Notes: generated by a model from the sequence alone, not told the origin. DNA of 36,153 nt from Bacteroidota bacterium (GCA_947499775.1 CANMPY010000001.1:1-36153); one strand, 5' to 3'. Shown: positions 25,948 to 35,361, counted from the first letter of the stretch. Program-made: numbers and translations.

Positions 25948-26808
25948 TTGTTTTTGGTGGCGTTGTTATATGCAGCAACCTTTACCATTGCTAAAGAAAT
26001 TATGCCGCTATGGCTTAAAGCCGAAGCCTTTGTTACCATGCGCATTCTTGTTTCGGCGTTCTTGTTTTTGGGCATACACGCCCTCTTTATCCGCCAACGC
26101 ATTACCGACCGGAACGATTTAAAACGTGTGTTTATTTGCACCCTTTTCGGTACCCTATTCAACATGCTTCTTTTTTTTAAAGGGTTGAGCTATACACAGC
26201 GAATCAATGGCGCCGTTTTGATGATGTTTACTCCAATTTTTACAGCACTTATCTCAGGCTATTTCTTAAAAGAAGGATTTGGTATTTTGAAAATCATGGG
26301 ATTGCTAATAGCCACCATTGGAGGTATCCTGTTAATTGGAGGCATAAACCTCTCGTTCAGTCACGAAACAGTTTGGGGCGATTTAATGGTTACCGCAAAT
26401 GCTATACTGTATGCCATTTATTTGGTAAAAGTAAAATCGCTCATGGGCAAATATAATCCACTTACAGTATCGACCTATACCTTTGTTATGGGTGGTATTT
26501 TGGTTTTGCCATTTGGGTTGCATCAACTCATCAATACAGATTTTTCAAACTTTCCGTCTCAAATTTGGGTTGGAATAGCGTTTGTAATTATTGGAACCAC
26601 CTTTTTAACCTATCTTCTCAATGCCTGGGCTTTGAAACATGCAAGTCCGTCTATGGTGGGATCTTATATTTATTTGCAACCAGTATTGGCTTCGCTTATT
26701 GCAGTATTGGCAGGAAAAGAATGGCTTACGATTGAAAAAGGTATCTTTGCAGCATTAATTTTCACAGGAGTCTTTTTAGTAAATAAATCAAAAAAACGCA
26801 ATGCTTAA
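25948..26808 (+). CDS. DMT-superfamily (EamA-like) transporter
   Basis: 286 aa from TTG, with about 10 hydrophobic helices in two EamA-like halves (ATFTIAKEIMP..., LVNKSKK tail). The frame stays open upstream to 25900 with no ATG, so the start is uncertain. Confidence 0.75.
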   Translation: MFLVALLYAATFTIAKEIMPLWLKAEAFVTMRILVSAFLFLGIHALFIRQRITDRNDLKRVFICTLFGTLFNMLLFFKGLSYTQRINGAVLMMFTPIFTALISGYFLKEGFGILKIMGLLIATIGGILLIGGINLSFSHETVWGDLMVTANAILYAIYLVKVKSLMGKYNPLTVSTYTFVMGGILVLPFGLHQLINTDFSNFPSQIWVGIAFVIIGTTFLTYLLNAWALKHASPSMVGSYIYLQPVLASLIAVLAGKEWLTIEKGIFAALIFTGVFLVNKSKKRNA

Positions 26809-27676
26809 ATCTATGACCGGCTATGGAATTGCCGAAACCAATACCGAATTGTATCAATTTAAAGTAGAAGTAAAATCGCTAAATGGCAAATTTTTCGACT
26901 TATCACTTCGTATGCCTAAGCGCTTTGGTGACAAGGAAATGAGCCTTCGAAACTTCATAAATACCAAGGTTGTAAGGGGCTCAGTAAATGTTTACATTTC
27001 GGCAGATAAACTAAAAAATTCAGGAACTAAAGCCGTTAACATTAATGAAACGCTTGCTGCCGAATATTATACGAATTGGAAAGATTTGGCCACTGCCCTA
27101 GGTGCCGATACCAAAGATATATTTAGGTCTTTAATGGCTAATCCTGAACTTGTTGAACAGGAAAGTCAAAAGTATGAAGAAAGCGAATGGAATCAGCTCA
27201 TGCTTACGATTGAAAAAGCCTTGCAAAATTTTGAAACGTTTCGTCTAGATGAAGGCCAATCTTTATTAACCGTGCTGAAAGAACATTGCAAAATCATAGA
27301 AAGTTTAATTCCTGAAGTAGAATACTTTGAACACGAGCGTTTGGAATTAACCAAACAAAGGCTTCAAAAAAACCTCAATGACTTGCTTTTGAAAGATGGG
27401 TATGATAAAAATAGGTTTGAACAAGAAATGATTTATTATTTGGAAAAACTTGATATTTCTGAAGAAAAAAATCGATTAATTTCGCATTGTCATCATTTTA
27501 TGGACACCTTAGGTGAAGATCAAAGTGGGCGAAAACTAAATTTTATTGCTCAAGAAATGGGGCGAGAAATTAACACAATGGGATCAAAGGCTGCTCATGC
27601 CGCTATGCAAAAAACAGTGGTTAAAATGAAAGAGGAATTAGAACGCATTAAGGAACAAGTTTTAAATGTACTTTAA
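26801..27676 (+). CDS. yicC: YicC-family stress-induced protein
   Basis: MLKSMTGYG N-terminus, SLNGKF, and C-terminal NFIAQEMGREINTMGSKA are hallmark YicC motifs. There is an 8-nt overlap with the EamA gene. Confidence 0.85.
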   Translation: MLKSMTGYGIAETNTELYQFKVEVKSLNGKFFDLSLRMPKRFGDKEMSLRNFINTKVVRGSVNVYISADKLKNSGTKAVNINETLAAEYYTNWKDLATALGADTKDIFRSLMANPELVEQESQKYEESEWNQLMLTIEKALQNFETFRLDEGQSLLTVLKEHCKIIESLIPEVEYFEHERLELTKQRLQKNLNDLLLKDGYDKNRFEQEMIYYLEKLDISEEKNRLISHCHHFMDTLGEDQSGRKLNFIAQEMGREINTMGSKAAHAAMQKTVVKMKEELERIKEQVLNVL

Positions 27677-27708
27677 ACGAAATATCAAAGGCATAACGCT
27701 ATAAGGTT

Positions 27709-28275
27709 TTGGGAAAACTTATTATATTTTCAGCCCCATCTGGTTCGGGCAAAACCACAGTTGTAAAGCATTTACTGGAGGTTATGAAGGAGAAACTGGC
27801 TTTTTCAGTATCGGCTACAACCCGAAAAAAAAGAGATTCGGAAACAGAGGGTAAGGATTATTATTTTTTGAGCGAAGCCATTTTTCAAAAAAAAATTATC
27901 GACCATGAGTTTTTAGAATATGAAGAAGTTTATAAAGGCTTGTATTATGGTACTTTATATGCCGAAGTAGAACGAATTTGGGCTTTGGGCAAAGTAGTGG
28001 TTTTTGATGTAGATGTAAAAGGAGGAATAGCCATTAAAAAACAATTTGGTTCACAAGCCCTTGCTGTTTTTTTAAGACCACCCTCTATAGAAGTCTTAAT
28101 GGAAAGACTTAGAAAGCGCGATACAGAGGTTGAACATCATTTGCAAGAACGAATTGATAAAGCTAATTTTGAACTTGAGTTCGAATCGCAATTCGATAAA
28201 GTAATCATTAATAACATTTTAAGTAATACATTGGCGGATGCCGAACAAGAAGTTAAATTATTTTTAACTATTTAG
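27709..28275 (+). CDS. gmk: Guanylate kinase
   Basis: P-loop FSAPSGSGKTT immediately follows an obligatory TTG start, because an in-frame TAA lies at 27694. SATTRKKR, EGKDYYF, FLEYEEVYKGLYYGT and VVFDVDVKGG are present. Confidence 0.9.
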   Translation: MGKLIIFSAPSGSGKTTVVKHLLEVMKEKLAFSVSATTRKKRDSETEGKDYYFLSEAIFQKKIIDHEFLEYEEVYKGLYYGTLYAEVERIWALGKVVVFDVDVKGGIAIKKQFGSQALAVFLRPPSIEVLMERLRKRDTEVEHHLQERIDKANFELEFESQFDKVIINNILSNTLADAEQEVKLFLTI

Positions 28276-28310
28276 TCGCTTTATGTTTTGTTATCGTTAA
28301 AATTTTGTTA

Positions 28311-28318
28311 TACTTTTG
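28311..28318 (+). promoter_or_regulatory. Bacteroidota-type -7 box (TAnnTTTG) upstream of nadD
   Basis: TACTTTTG lies 32 nt upstream of the ATG at 28350, with TTG at 28288-28290 about 21 nt upstream. Confidence 0.4.
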
Positions 28319-28349
28319 TTGACTTGTGTTGTTACTGTACTAAAACTAG

Positions 28350-28937
28350 ATGAAAATAGGCCTATACTTCGGATCGTTTAACCCTATTCATAATGGGCAC
28401 TTAATGGTTGCTCAATTTATGTTAAATCAAGCTGGATTAGATGAGGTTTGGTTTGTGGTTACACCTCAAAATCCATTAAAATCTTCTAAAGATCTTTTGC
28501 CAGAAAACGATCGCTTGCAAATGGTAAAATTAGCAATAGGAAAACATAGCCAAATTAAGAATTGCGATATTGAATTTACACTTTCACGTCCATCGTATAC
28601 CTCCAACACCTTAAAGGCATTAGGGGTAAAATATCCTGGTTATGAGTTTGAATTAATAATGGGTACCGATGCATTGCAACATCTTGATAAGTGGAAAGAT
28701 TATGAGCATATTTTGATGAACTATAAAATCTTATCGTATCAGCGAGAGGGTGCAACAGGTGGTGAATTTTCAAAAAATCAAAAAGTAAAAATTTACAAAG
28801 CGCCTGCCATTCAAATTTCGGCTACTTATATTCGCGGTTTAATGCGTATGAATAAATCAGTTAGATATTTAGTTTCCGACGAGGTTAACGAATATCTAAT
28901 AGCGTTAAACTCTATGCAGGAGCTAGTTTCGTCCTAA
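28350..28937 (+). CDS. nadD: Nicotinate-nucleotide adenylyltransferase
   Basis: GLYFGSFNPIHNGHL (the (H/T)xGH nucleotidyltransferase motif), SYTSNTL, GTDAL and ISATYIR (ISST-like) are present. Confidence 0.9.
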   Translation: MKIGLYFGSFNPIHNGHLMVAQFMLNQAGLDEVWFVVTPQNPLKSSKDLLPENDRLQMVKLAIGKHSQIKNCDIEFTLSRPSYTSNTLKALGVKYPGYEFELIMGTDALQHLDKWKDYEHILMNYKILSYQREGATGGEFSKNQKVKIYKAPAIQISATYIRGLMRMNKSVRYLVSDEVNEYLIALNSMQELVSS

Positions 28938-29314
28938 TCTTCCTTAGGCTCCCATAGTTCTATTTTGTTTCCATCGGGGTCCATAATCCAGGCAAACTTA
29001 CCATAATCATCATCAACCATTTCGCCTACAATTTCTATGCCTTCTGCTTTTAGAATTTCGAGCAAAGCCACTAAGTTTTCAACGCGGTAATTAATCATGA
29101 AAGGCTGTGTGGAAGGATCGAAATAAGAGCTATTTTTTGCAAATGGGTTCCAAGCCGAAGATGCTGTTTTTTGAGGTTCGTTCATGGGCCGCCAATTAAA
29201 TTGAGCTCCCCAACTTTCCGATTCTATTCCAAGATGCTGCTTATACCATTCCCTCGTTTTTGAAGGATCGTTTACTTTAAAAAAAATGCCTCCAAGACCT
29301 GTAACTTTCTTCAT
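28934..29314 (-). CDS. VOC (glyoxalase/bleomycin-resistance fold) family protein
   Basis: The start at ATG 29314 gives MKKVTGLGGIFFKVNDPSKTREWYKQHLG. C-terminal GKFAWIMDPDGNKIELWEP is typical of the VOC fold. The gene overlaps nadD convergently by 4 nt. Confidence 0.8.
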   Translation of the reverse strand: MKKVTGLGGIFFKVNDPSKTREWYKQHLGIESESWGAQFNWRPMNEPQKTASSAWNPFAKNSSYFDPSTQPFMINYRVENLVALLEILKAEGIEIVGEMVDDDYGKFAWIMDPDGNKIELWEPKED

Positions 29315-29408
29315 GATGATTTGTGTAATTGAGCAATTGACGAAAGTCAAAACTACTAATTAAATAGGTTATTATTGCACTGAAATTATTTCATTACGAA
29401 TTAACTCA

Positions 29409-30956
29409 ATGCCATTTTTTAAATCTCTTATTGAAAAAACCAAGAATCTAAAATTTCAAAGAAATATTAGTGCCAAAAGGGGGCACACCATACAAGTACG
29501 AACGCTAAGAAAACTTTTGCTAAAGGCACAGAATACTGCATTTGGCAATACATATAATTTCGAAACGCTTGCTCAATCCGAAAATTTGGCCAATGAATTT
29601 AGAGACCGTATTCCTTCGGGCGATTACCTACATATGTTGCCATGGTGGGAGCGTTCAAAACAAGGTGAACTAAACGTTTGCTGGCCTGGCAAAATTGATA
29701 ATTTTGCGGTAAGCAGCGGTACAACAGATAACAGCAGCAAATATATTCCTGTATCAAAGGAGATGACCAAAGCCATACATAGAGGCAGTGTGCGCCAGTT
29801 GTTAGCTGTAGTAAGATCAGATGCTCCCAAAGATCATCTTTTGAAAAATTGGTTGATGATGGGAGGCAGCACCGATTTAGAATACAACGGCGTATATCAC
29901 TCAGGCGATTTAAGTGGAATTACAACCAAAAAAATCCCATTAATAGCTCAATATTTCACAAAACCAGAACCATTCATAAAACTAGAACGCGACTGGAATG
30001 AAAAAATTCAGAAAATGACCCGTGAGGCCATTAACTGGGATATTGGAATTATTGCTGGCGTTCCAGCTTGGGTTCAAATGCTTTTTGAAAACATTTTGAA
30101 CCACTATAAAATTTTGAATATTCATGAAATTTGGCCAAATCTTGAGGTATATATTCATGGAGGCGTATCCATTAAGCCATATAAAAAAAATATTGATAAA
30201 GTATTGGGAAGGCCTATAAAATATTTTGAAAATTATTTAGCCTCTGAAGGATTTATGGCCTTTCAACATCGAGAAGAAGCGAGTGGAATGCGGTTGCTTT
30301 TTCGCAATGGGATTTATTTCGAGTTTATTCCTTTTAACGATAGCACGTTTAATGAGCAAGGAGAATTAATTGGTAACCCAAAGGCGCTAACCCTTGAAGA
30401 GGTGGATGAAAAAACACATTATGCATTTTTGATAAGTACTTGTTCGGGAGCTTGGCGCTATCTAATAGGGGATGTAATTCGGTTCACAAACCTAAAAAAT
30501 TGCGAAATTGAAATTACCGGACGAACAAAATCGTTTTTAAGCTTATGCGGAGAACATCTCAGCGTAGATAATATGAACAGAGCCATTGAACTTACAAGCG
30601 ATGAGCTGATGGTAAATTTTAGTGAATATACAGTAACGGGCATCCCGCATCAAAGCGGATACTTTGCCCACCAATGGTATATTGGATACGATGGCAACGC
30701 TTTAGATCATGAAAGTGTAAAGGAAAAATTAGATTTCCACTTAAAGCAACTCAACGACGATTATAGAATAGAACGAACCGCAGCTCTTCGCGATATCTAT
30801 GTTCAATTAATTCCAAATACTCTATTTATAGATTGGATGGGAAAAAACGGAAATTTTAATGCTCAAACAAAATTTCCTAGGGTTTTGAAAAAGGAAAAGC
30901 TTGAGGATTGGACATCTTTTGTGGCTCAATATCATGCCAATAAACCTTTAGCATAA
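29409..30956 (+). CDS. GH3 (auxin-responsive promoter family) acyl-adenylate-forming enzyme homolog
   Basis: 515 aa. The N-terminal region matches my memory of bacterial GH3 proteins (FAVSSGTTDNSSKYIPV is the adenylation Ser/Thr/Gly-rich loop). GGVSIKPY, YLASEGFMAF, RYLIGDVIRFT and GRTKSFLSLCGEHLS are also present. Confidence 0.75.
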   Translation: MPFFKSLIEKTKNLKFQRNISAKRGHTIQVRTLRKLLLKAQNTAFGNTYNFETLAQSENLANEFRDRIPSGDYLHMLPWWERSKQGELNVCWPGKIDNFAVSSGTTDNSSKYIPVSKEMTKAIHRGSVRQLLAVVRSDAPKDHLLKNWLMMGGSTDLEYNGVYHSGDLSGITTKKIPLIAQYFTKPEPFIKLERDWNEKIQKMTREAINWDIGIIAGVPAWVQMLFENILNHYKILNIHEIWPNLEVYIHGGVSIKPYKKNIDKVLGRPIKYFENYLASEGFMAFQHREEASGMRLLFRNGIYFEFIPFNDSTFNEQGELIGNPKALTLEEVDEKTHYAFLISTCSGAWRYLIGDVIRFTNLKNCEIEITGRTKSFLSLCGEHLSVDNMNRAIELTSDELMVNFSEYTVTGIPHQSGYFAHQWYIGYDGNALDHESVKEKLDFHLKQLNDDYRIERTAALRDIYVQLIPNTLFIDWMGKNGNFNAQTKFPRVLKKEKLEDWTSFVAQYHANKPLA

Positions 30957-31046
30957 GTTTTATTTCAACTCCGCACTAACATTATCGCTTAATTGCAAAA
31001 TATAGGCACTTAAAAAATTTGCATTTCGTATACCTTAATTCCCCCT

Positions 31047-31054
31047 TATTTTTG
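31047..31054 (+). promoter_or_regulatory. Bacteroidota-type -7 box (TAnnTTTG) upstream of the LD-carboxypeptidase gene
   Basis: TATTTTTG lies 5 nt upstream of the ATG at 31059. Confidence 0.4.
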
Positions 31055-31058
31055 CAAC

Positions 31059-31967
31059 ATGTTTCTTCCTCCTTTTTTAACTAAAGGCGATAAAATTGCC
31101 ATAGTGGCTACCGCGCGCAAAACAAATAGGGAAGAGCTCGATCCGTTTATCAAACTTGCAGAGAAGGCTGGTTTTGAAATTGTGTTTTCCCCTACTCTTT
31201 TTGACGAAGAAAGGCAGTTTGCAGGCTCAGATAAAAATAGGTCATCCGACTTTCAATACTGGTTGAATGATACAGAAGTAAAAGCCATAATAGCAGCTAG
31301 AGGTGGCTATGGTACAGCAAGAATGGTAGATGGCATTGATTTTTCTAATTTCGCAACTAATCCAAAATGGCTTATAGGATTTAGTGATTTTACGGTTATT
31401 CATACTCATATGAATAGTTTGTTAAAACAATCCACCCTACATGCCGCTATGCCTGCGTTTTTAAAAACCGAGAGTTCTGCCGAGGTTATCCAATCGTTTA
31501 ATGAAATGTTTGAAATATTAAAAGGGGAATTACCGGTTTATGAACTTCCTCAACATCAGCTCAATAATCCAGGAAACTGCAATGGAATATTGGTAGGAGG
31601 AAATTTATCGGTTATTTATTCTACTTTGGGTTCAGTTTCGGAAATCGATACCACCAATGCCATACTTTTTTTAGAAGATCTTGACGAGTATTTATACCAT
31701 ATCGATCGCATGATGGTGTGCTTAAAGCGCGCCGGAAAACTAAAACACCTAAATGGAATAATAGTTGGCCATATGAGCGACATGCACGACCGTGGGACAC
31801 CCTTTGGCAAAACTGCCGAAGAAATTATTAGGGAGCACACAAAAGATTTAGGAATACCGTTATACTTTGGTTTTGATGCAGGTCACCTCAAACTTAACCA
31901 CCCCCTAATATTTGGAACAGAGGTAAATATTGAAAATAATTGCCTTACTTTTGGTGAATTAAACTAG
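31059..31967 (+). CDS. LD-carboxypeptidase (peptidase S66, muramoyltetrapeptide carboxypeptidase-like)
   Basis: KGDKIAIVATA, FAGSDKNRSSDF, KAIIAARGGYGTARM, the nucleophile context IGFSDFTVIH, LEDLDEYLYHIDRM and GFDAGHL (catalytic His) are present. Confidence 0.85.
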   Translation: MFLPPFLTKGDKIAIVATARKTNREELDPFIKLAEKAGFEIVFSPTLFDEERQFAGSDKNRSSDFQYWLNDTEVKAIIAARGGYGTARMVDGIDFSNFATNPKWLIGFSDFTVIHTHMNSLLKQSTLHAAMPAFLKTESSAEVIQSFNEMFEILKGELPVYELPQHQLNNPGNCNGILVGGNLSVIYSTLGSVSEIDTTNAILFLEDLDEYLYHIDRMMVCLKRAGKLKHLNGIIVGHMSDMHDRGTPFGKTAEEIIREHTKDLGIPLYFGFDAGHLKLNHPLIFGTEVNIENNCLTFGELN

Positions 31968-31970
31968 AGT

Positions 31971-32465
31971 TTGAAAAAAGCATTAAAACAATTTGCTGTA
32001 TTTTTTGTAATTGGCTGTTCTGCCGTGGCTATTGATTTTGTTGTGTATAATTACGTACTCGACTGGCTATGTCCAGGATGTGCAAACGAAGCCAATTTTA
32101 AACATTATTTTTTAAATTTTAATAGCGCCGATGTGGCTAAAGCCGTTGGTTTTATGTGTGGTTCATTCTACACCTATTATATGAACAAGCGATTTACCTG
32201 GAAACAAAATGACAGAAATAACCGCCGTTTGATGCGCTTTTTTGCACTCTATTCCATTTCGTTTGTTATGAATATTTTAGGGAATAAATGGGCGTTAACG
32301 TGGCCCGAAGAATTGGTACCCTTTATAAAAATAAAAGATTCAGCTTTTTTATTCGCAACCGGTTTGAGCGTTGTTGTTAATTTTTTAGGCCAAAAACTTT
32401 GGGTGTTTAATTCAAATGTATCTTTAGTGGCCAAGATTAAAAAAAGAATATCGTCGGCTTCTTAA
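31971..32465 (+). CDS. GtrA-family membrane protein
   Basis: 164 aa with a TTG start. There are four hydrophobic helices, the N-terminal FAVFFVIGCSAVAIDFVVYN, and the family-typical YYMNKRFTW and LGQKLWVF. Confidence 0.7.
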   Translation: MKKALKQFAVFFVIGCSAVAIDFVVYNYVLDWLCPGCANEANFKHYFLNFNSADVAKAVGFMCGSFYTYYMNKRFTWKQNDRNNRRLMRFFALYSISFVMNILGNKWALTWPEELVPFIKIKDSAFLFATGLSVVVNFLGQKLWVFNSNVSLVAKIKKRISSAS

Positions 32466-32472
32466 TGCTTTT

Positions 32473-32970
32473 ATGGTGAATACAAAACGCCTCATCTTGC
32501 ACTTAGGCAGTAATATGGGTGATAGATTAGCCTATTTAACACAAGGGTTTAAAGGGTTAGAATTGGAATTTGGAAAACCAATTGGCATGTCGCAGCTATA
32601 TGAAACCAAAGCATGGGGAAATACCGGCCAAGCGCAATTTTTGAATAGGGCCGCTATCTACGAATGCAATCAAATGCCGCAAACTATATTGCGCAAGCTT
32701 AAGGATTTGGAATTAGAAACAGGACGCAAGCAAAGAGGAACATGGGAAGAGCGCGAATTAGATATTGATATTATTTTTTATGAATCTGATATTATAAATA
32801 CCCCTAACCTAAAGATACCGCATGGTTTATTGCATGAACGAAAGTTTGTACTCGTTCCCCTTAATGAAATTTGCCCCGACTTTATTCACCCAATATTAAA
32901 TAAACGTGTAGCTGAAATTTTGCAACACTGCACCGATGAACTTACAGTAAATGTATGGACCCCAAATTAA
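32473..32970 (+). CDS. folK: 2-amino-4-hydroxy-6-hydroxymethyldihydropteridine diphosphokinase (HPPK)
   Basis: LHLGSNMGDR, SQLYETKAWG, FLNRAA, RELDIDIIFY, IPHGLLHERKFVLVPLNEI. Confidence 0.9.
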   Translation: MVNTKRLILHLGSNMGDRLAYLTQGFKGLELEFGKPIGMSQLYETKAWGNTGQAQFLNRAAIYECNQMPQTILRKLKDLELETGRKQRGTWEERELDIDIIFYESDIINTPNLKIPHGLLHERKFVLVPLNEICPDFIHPILNKRVAEILQHCTDELTVNVWTPN

Positions 32971-33524
32971 ACCTATTTCCACTCTACTGTTTGCCGCCTC
33001 TTAATTTTTTGAAGGCTTTTGCAAATGCAGATAAAGCGCAATTAGCCTTGGGCGAAAAATTTGAAAAACAAACCAACCGAAATCGTTTTGCTATTGCAGG
33101 ACCTAATGGTCGGCAACTTCTTAGCCTTCCGCTTGTTCATACGAGCAGCCATGCAGCAATGTGTGATGTGCAATTAGATTATGCGCAGCCTTGGAATATA
33201 AAGCATTGGAGAAGCATTGAAACAGCCTACAACAAGGCCCCATTTTTCGAATTCTATTCCCATTATTTTGAGCGCCTATTCTCTCAGCATTATTTTTTAC
33301 TTGCCGAATGGAACTTAGAAGCGATGAAATGTGTTACCAAAAGCCTAAAACTATCGGTTGAGTTAGGCTTAAGTACTGAAAAATGCCAAACGCTTAATTG
33401 CCAGTTTGCAACAAGCCACAGCCCATATAATCAAGTTTTTATTGAGAAAAATGGCTTTATTGAAAATTTGAGCATCCTCGATCTCATTTTTAATGAGGGA
33501 CCAATGGCCAAAGATTATTTATAG
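32955..33524 (+). CDS. WbqC-family protein
   Basis: LPPLNFLKAF...FEKQTNRNRFAIAGPNGRQLLSLPL...SILDLIFNEGP matches the WbqC-like pattern (KQtyRNR..I...nG...LsiP). There is a 16-nt overlap with folK. Confidence 0.65.
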   Translation: MDPKLNLFPLYCLPPLNFLKAFANADKAQLALGEKFEKQTNRNRFAIAGPNGRQLLSLPLVHTSSHAAMCDVQLDYAQPWNIKHWRSIETAYNKAPFFEFYSHYFERLFSQHYFLLAEWNLEAMKCVTKSLKLSVELGLSTEKCQTLNCQFATSHSPYNQVFIEKNGFIENLSILDLIFNEGPMAKDYL

Positions 33525-34153
33525 TTTAGTTTATTCAGTCGCCTTAATACCTTTTCAACGCGTTTGCGTTTGGTTTCTATCTCTAAATCGGTATAGCGCG
33601 AAAGAAGTGTTGAGTAAAATATATCCTTATTTTCAGCTGTAATAATTGCCAATGCATTTTCGGCATACATGGGTAATTGATTACTTGGGCAAGATAATAC
33701 CTGTTCGATAAGTAAAGGAAAGGCCGCTTCTTTGTAGGCCTCAAAAGAGCAGAGTTTAATTAAGATATTAACTGCCTGGTCTCTTGTTATTACTGTACCT
33801 AAGTCGGCTGTTTGGCATAGTTTAACAATGGATAAATAAATGGGATGAGGATTTAATAACGTTATTCGACTGAGAGCCGACATGGCTCCCCAAACCATAC
33901 GGTTATTGGCAGAGTCAAGAAGAAGGATAAATTCTTGAGCATAGGCAGAAATTAAAGAGGGTTTAATCTCTCCAATTTCATAAATAACCTTTATACAATT
34001 ATTTTGATACGTTTTTGTTTGGAGGTTCTCGATAAGGCACTTGATAGCCTCAAGGTTGTTTTCGACTACAATACGCTTGGCTAATTCTAAATTAGGAATT
34101 TCGTCTTTTCTGCCTAATGAATGGGATAAGTAGGATAAAACAGATTCTTGCAT
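33515..34153 (-). CDS. Hypothetical all-helical (HEAT/ARM-like repeat) protein
   Basis: 212 aa with repeated helix pairs of about 35-40 aa (AIKCLIENL, LLLDSANNRMVWGAMSALSRI, AVNILIKLCS, ENALAII). No catalytic motif was recognised. It overlaps the WbqC gene convergently by 10 nt. Confidence 0.45.
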   Translation of the reverse strand: MQESVLSYLSHSLGRKDEIPNLELAKRIVVENNLEAIKCLIENLQTKTYQNNCIKVIYEIGEIKPSLISAYAQEFILLLDSANNRMVWGAMSALSRITLLNPHPIYLSIVKLCQTADLGTVITRDQAVNILIKLCSFEAYKEAAFPLLIEQVLSCPSNQLPMYAENALAIITAENKDIFYSTLLSRYTDLEIETKRKRVEKVLRRLNKLNYK

Positions 34154-34235
34154 TTAGTATACAAAAATAGTCCCGATTAGGCAGCTTAGTTATAAATACA
34201 TTAACATTAAGAAAGGAATGACATTAAAAAGTATG

Positions 34236-34655
34236 CTATGCAAGAAGAGCACAGATGGCAAGTATTACACAAATAGGGCTATAGATATAATAATCTATTT
34301 GAGCAAATTTTCCCTTGGTATAGGTTTTAGTTAACCCCACATAATTAAAAAACCCAAGGGCACGTAAACCAAATAGGAAAGCTATTGTGCGGTTTCCCCA
34401 TGTGATGGTATCTGCTTTAAGTATTTCCGAAAATGAACTAATTTGCAAAAAGCTAAATAGTGCAATTCCTCCTAAAAGCAGTGCCCTAATCAATAAGCTC
34501 TGTTTGCTAGGAATTTCAGGCTTATGTATGTGCCTTGCTATTTGATGAAAAGCGAGTTCTGCTCCTGTTTTTCCACCCATAAGCCAATATACATGCAGAA
34601 AGGTCAATAGGATGAATACGTTTAAATTAAATAGAATGGGATATAATGGGTTCAT
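34236..34655 (-). CDS. DUF3995-like integral membrane protein
   Basis: 139 aa with four TM helices. LHVYWLMGG matches the DUF3995 signature (HxYWalGG). Confidence 0.6.
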   Translation of the reverse strand: MNPLYPILFNLNVFILLTFLHVYWLMGGKTGAELAFHQIARHIHKPEIPSKQSLLIRALLLGGIALFSFLQISSFSEILKADTITWGNRTIAFLFGLRALGFFNYVGLTKTYTKGKFAQIDYYIYSPICVILAICALLA

Positions 34656-34676
34656 TGTATTTTAGAATTAGGTGTA

Positions 34677-34874
34677 TCAATACTCTTTCAGTTTATAAAT
34701 TCCGCGACTTATGCGAATAAAATATTCCGGATTATAACAATTACCAACTGCATGACTTGCAATAAAATTTGGGTAGTTGAGGAGAAATCTAAAATCCGAT
34801 GACTTAAATAATTCGTCCACATGGCCCCCTTGTACAGTTTTTCTAATTTTGCTTACTAATTTTTTCTTATTCAT
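34677..34874 (-). CDS. Small hypothetical protein (possible winged-helix, AbiEi/DUF6088-like remnant)
   Basis: 65 aa. The C-terminal FIRISRGIYKL resembles the ...rl.RGvY.. end of AbiEi-type N-terminal wHTH domains. It is tightly spaced with flanking minus-strand ORFs. Support is weak. Confidence 0.3.
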   Translation of the reverse strand: MNKKKLVSKIRKTVQGGHVDELFKSSDFRFLLNYPNFIASHAVGNCYNPEYFIRISRGIYKLKEY

Positions 34875-34881
34875 CGTTTAA

Positions 34882-35361
34882 TTATTGCCTTAAATAAAAT
34901 GTACCATTAGGTATTTGTATTCCCCATTCTGTAATATTAGCCTGGGCGAAAAACGTTTCATCTTTCTGATTGTTTCTTATATAAAGGTTGATAGAATTCT
35001 TTGTGGGTTTCCAAATACCACAATCTGGAAATTTATTTTTTATGGACGAACGAATAAGTAAGGTTCCGCATTTTAATTGTAAATTTTCTTCCGACAAGGT
35101 TATTGTGGTACAGGTTCCATCCTTATTTAAAGCTTTATAGCTTCCTTTAATAAGGTCTAGATGGGCGTTGTCTTTGCGTGTGTTGTTCTTAATTAGTTTT
35201 TCAGATGGGTCGTTCTGTATTATGGTATTGTAGGTGACGTCAAGAATGATTGGTTGCTGTTTATCAGATCCTATAAATTTCTTACAAAACCAACAGGATG
35301 TGTTTTTGTTGATAGCATAAAAGAAAAAGAAAAGTACTTCTAATGATAAAGTTATAGCCAT
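34882..35361 (-). CDS. Hypothetical protein with hydrophobic N-terminus
   Basis: 159 aa. The N-terminal hydrophobic stretch LSLEVLFFFFYAI is followed by a Cys-containing, mostly beta-type sequence. No motif was recognised. Confidence 0.4.
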   Translation of the reverse strand: MAITLSLEVLFFFFYAINKNTSCWFCKKFIGSDKQQPIILDVTYNTIIQNDPSEKLIKNNTRKDNAHLDLIKGSYKALNKDGTCTTITLSEENLQLKCGTLLIRSSIKNKFPDCGIWKPTKNSINLYIRNNQKDETFFAQANITEWGIQIPNGTFYLRQ

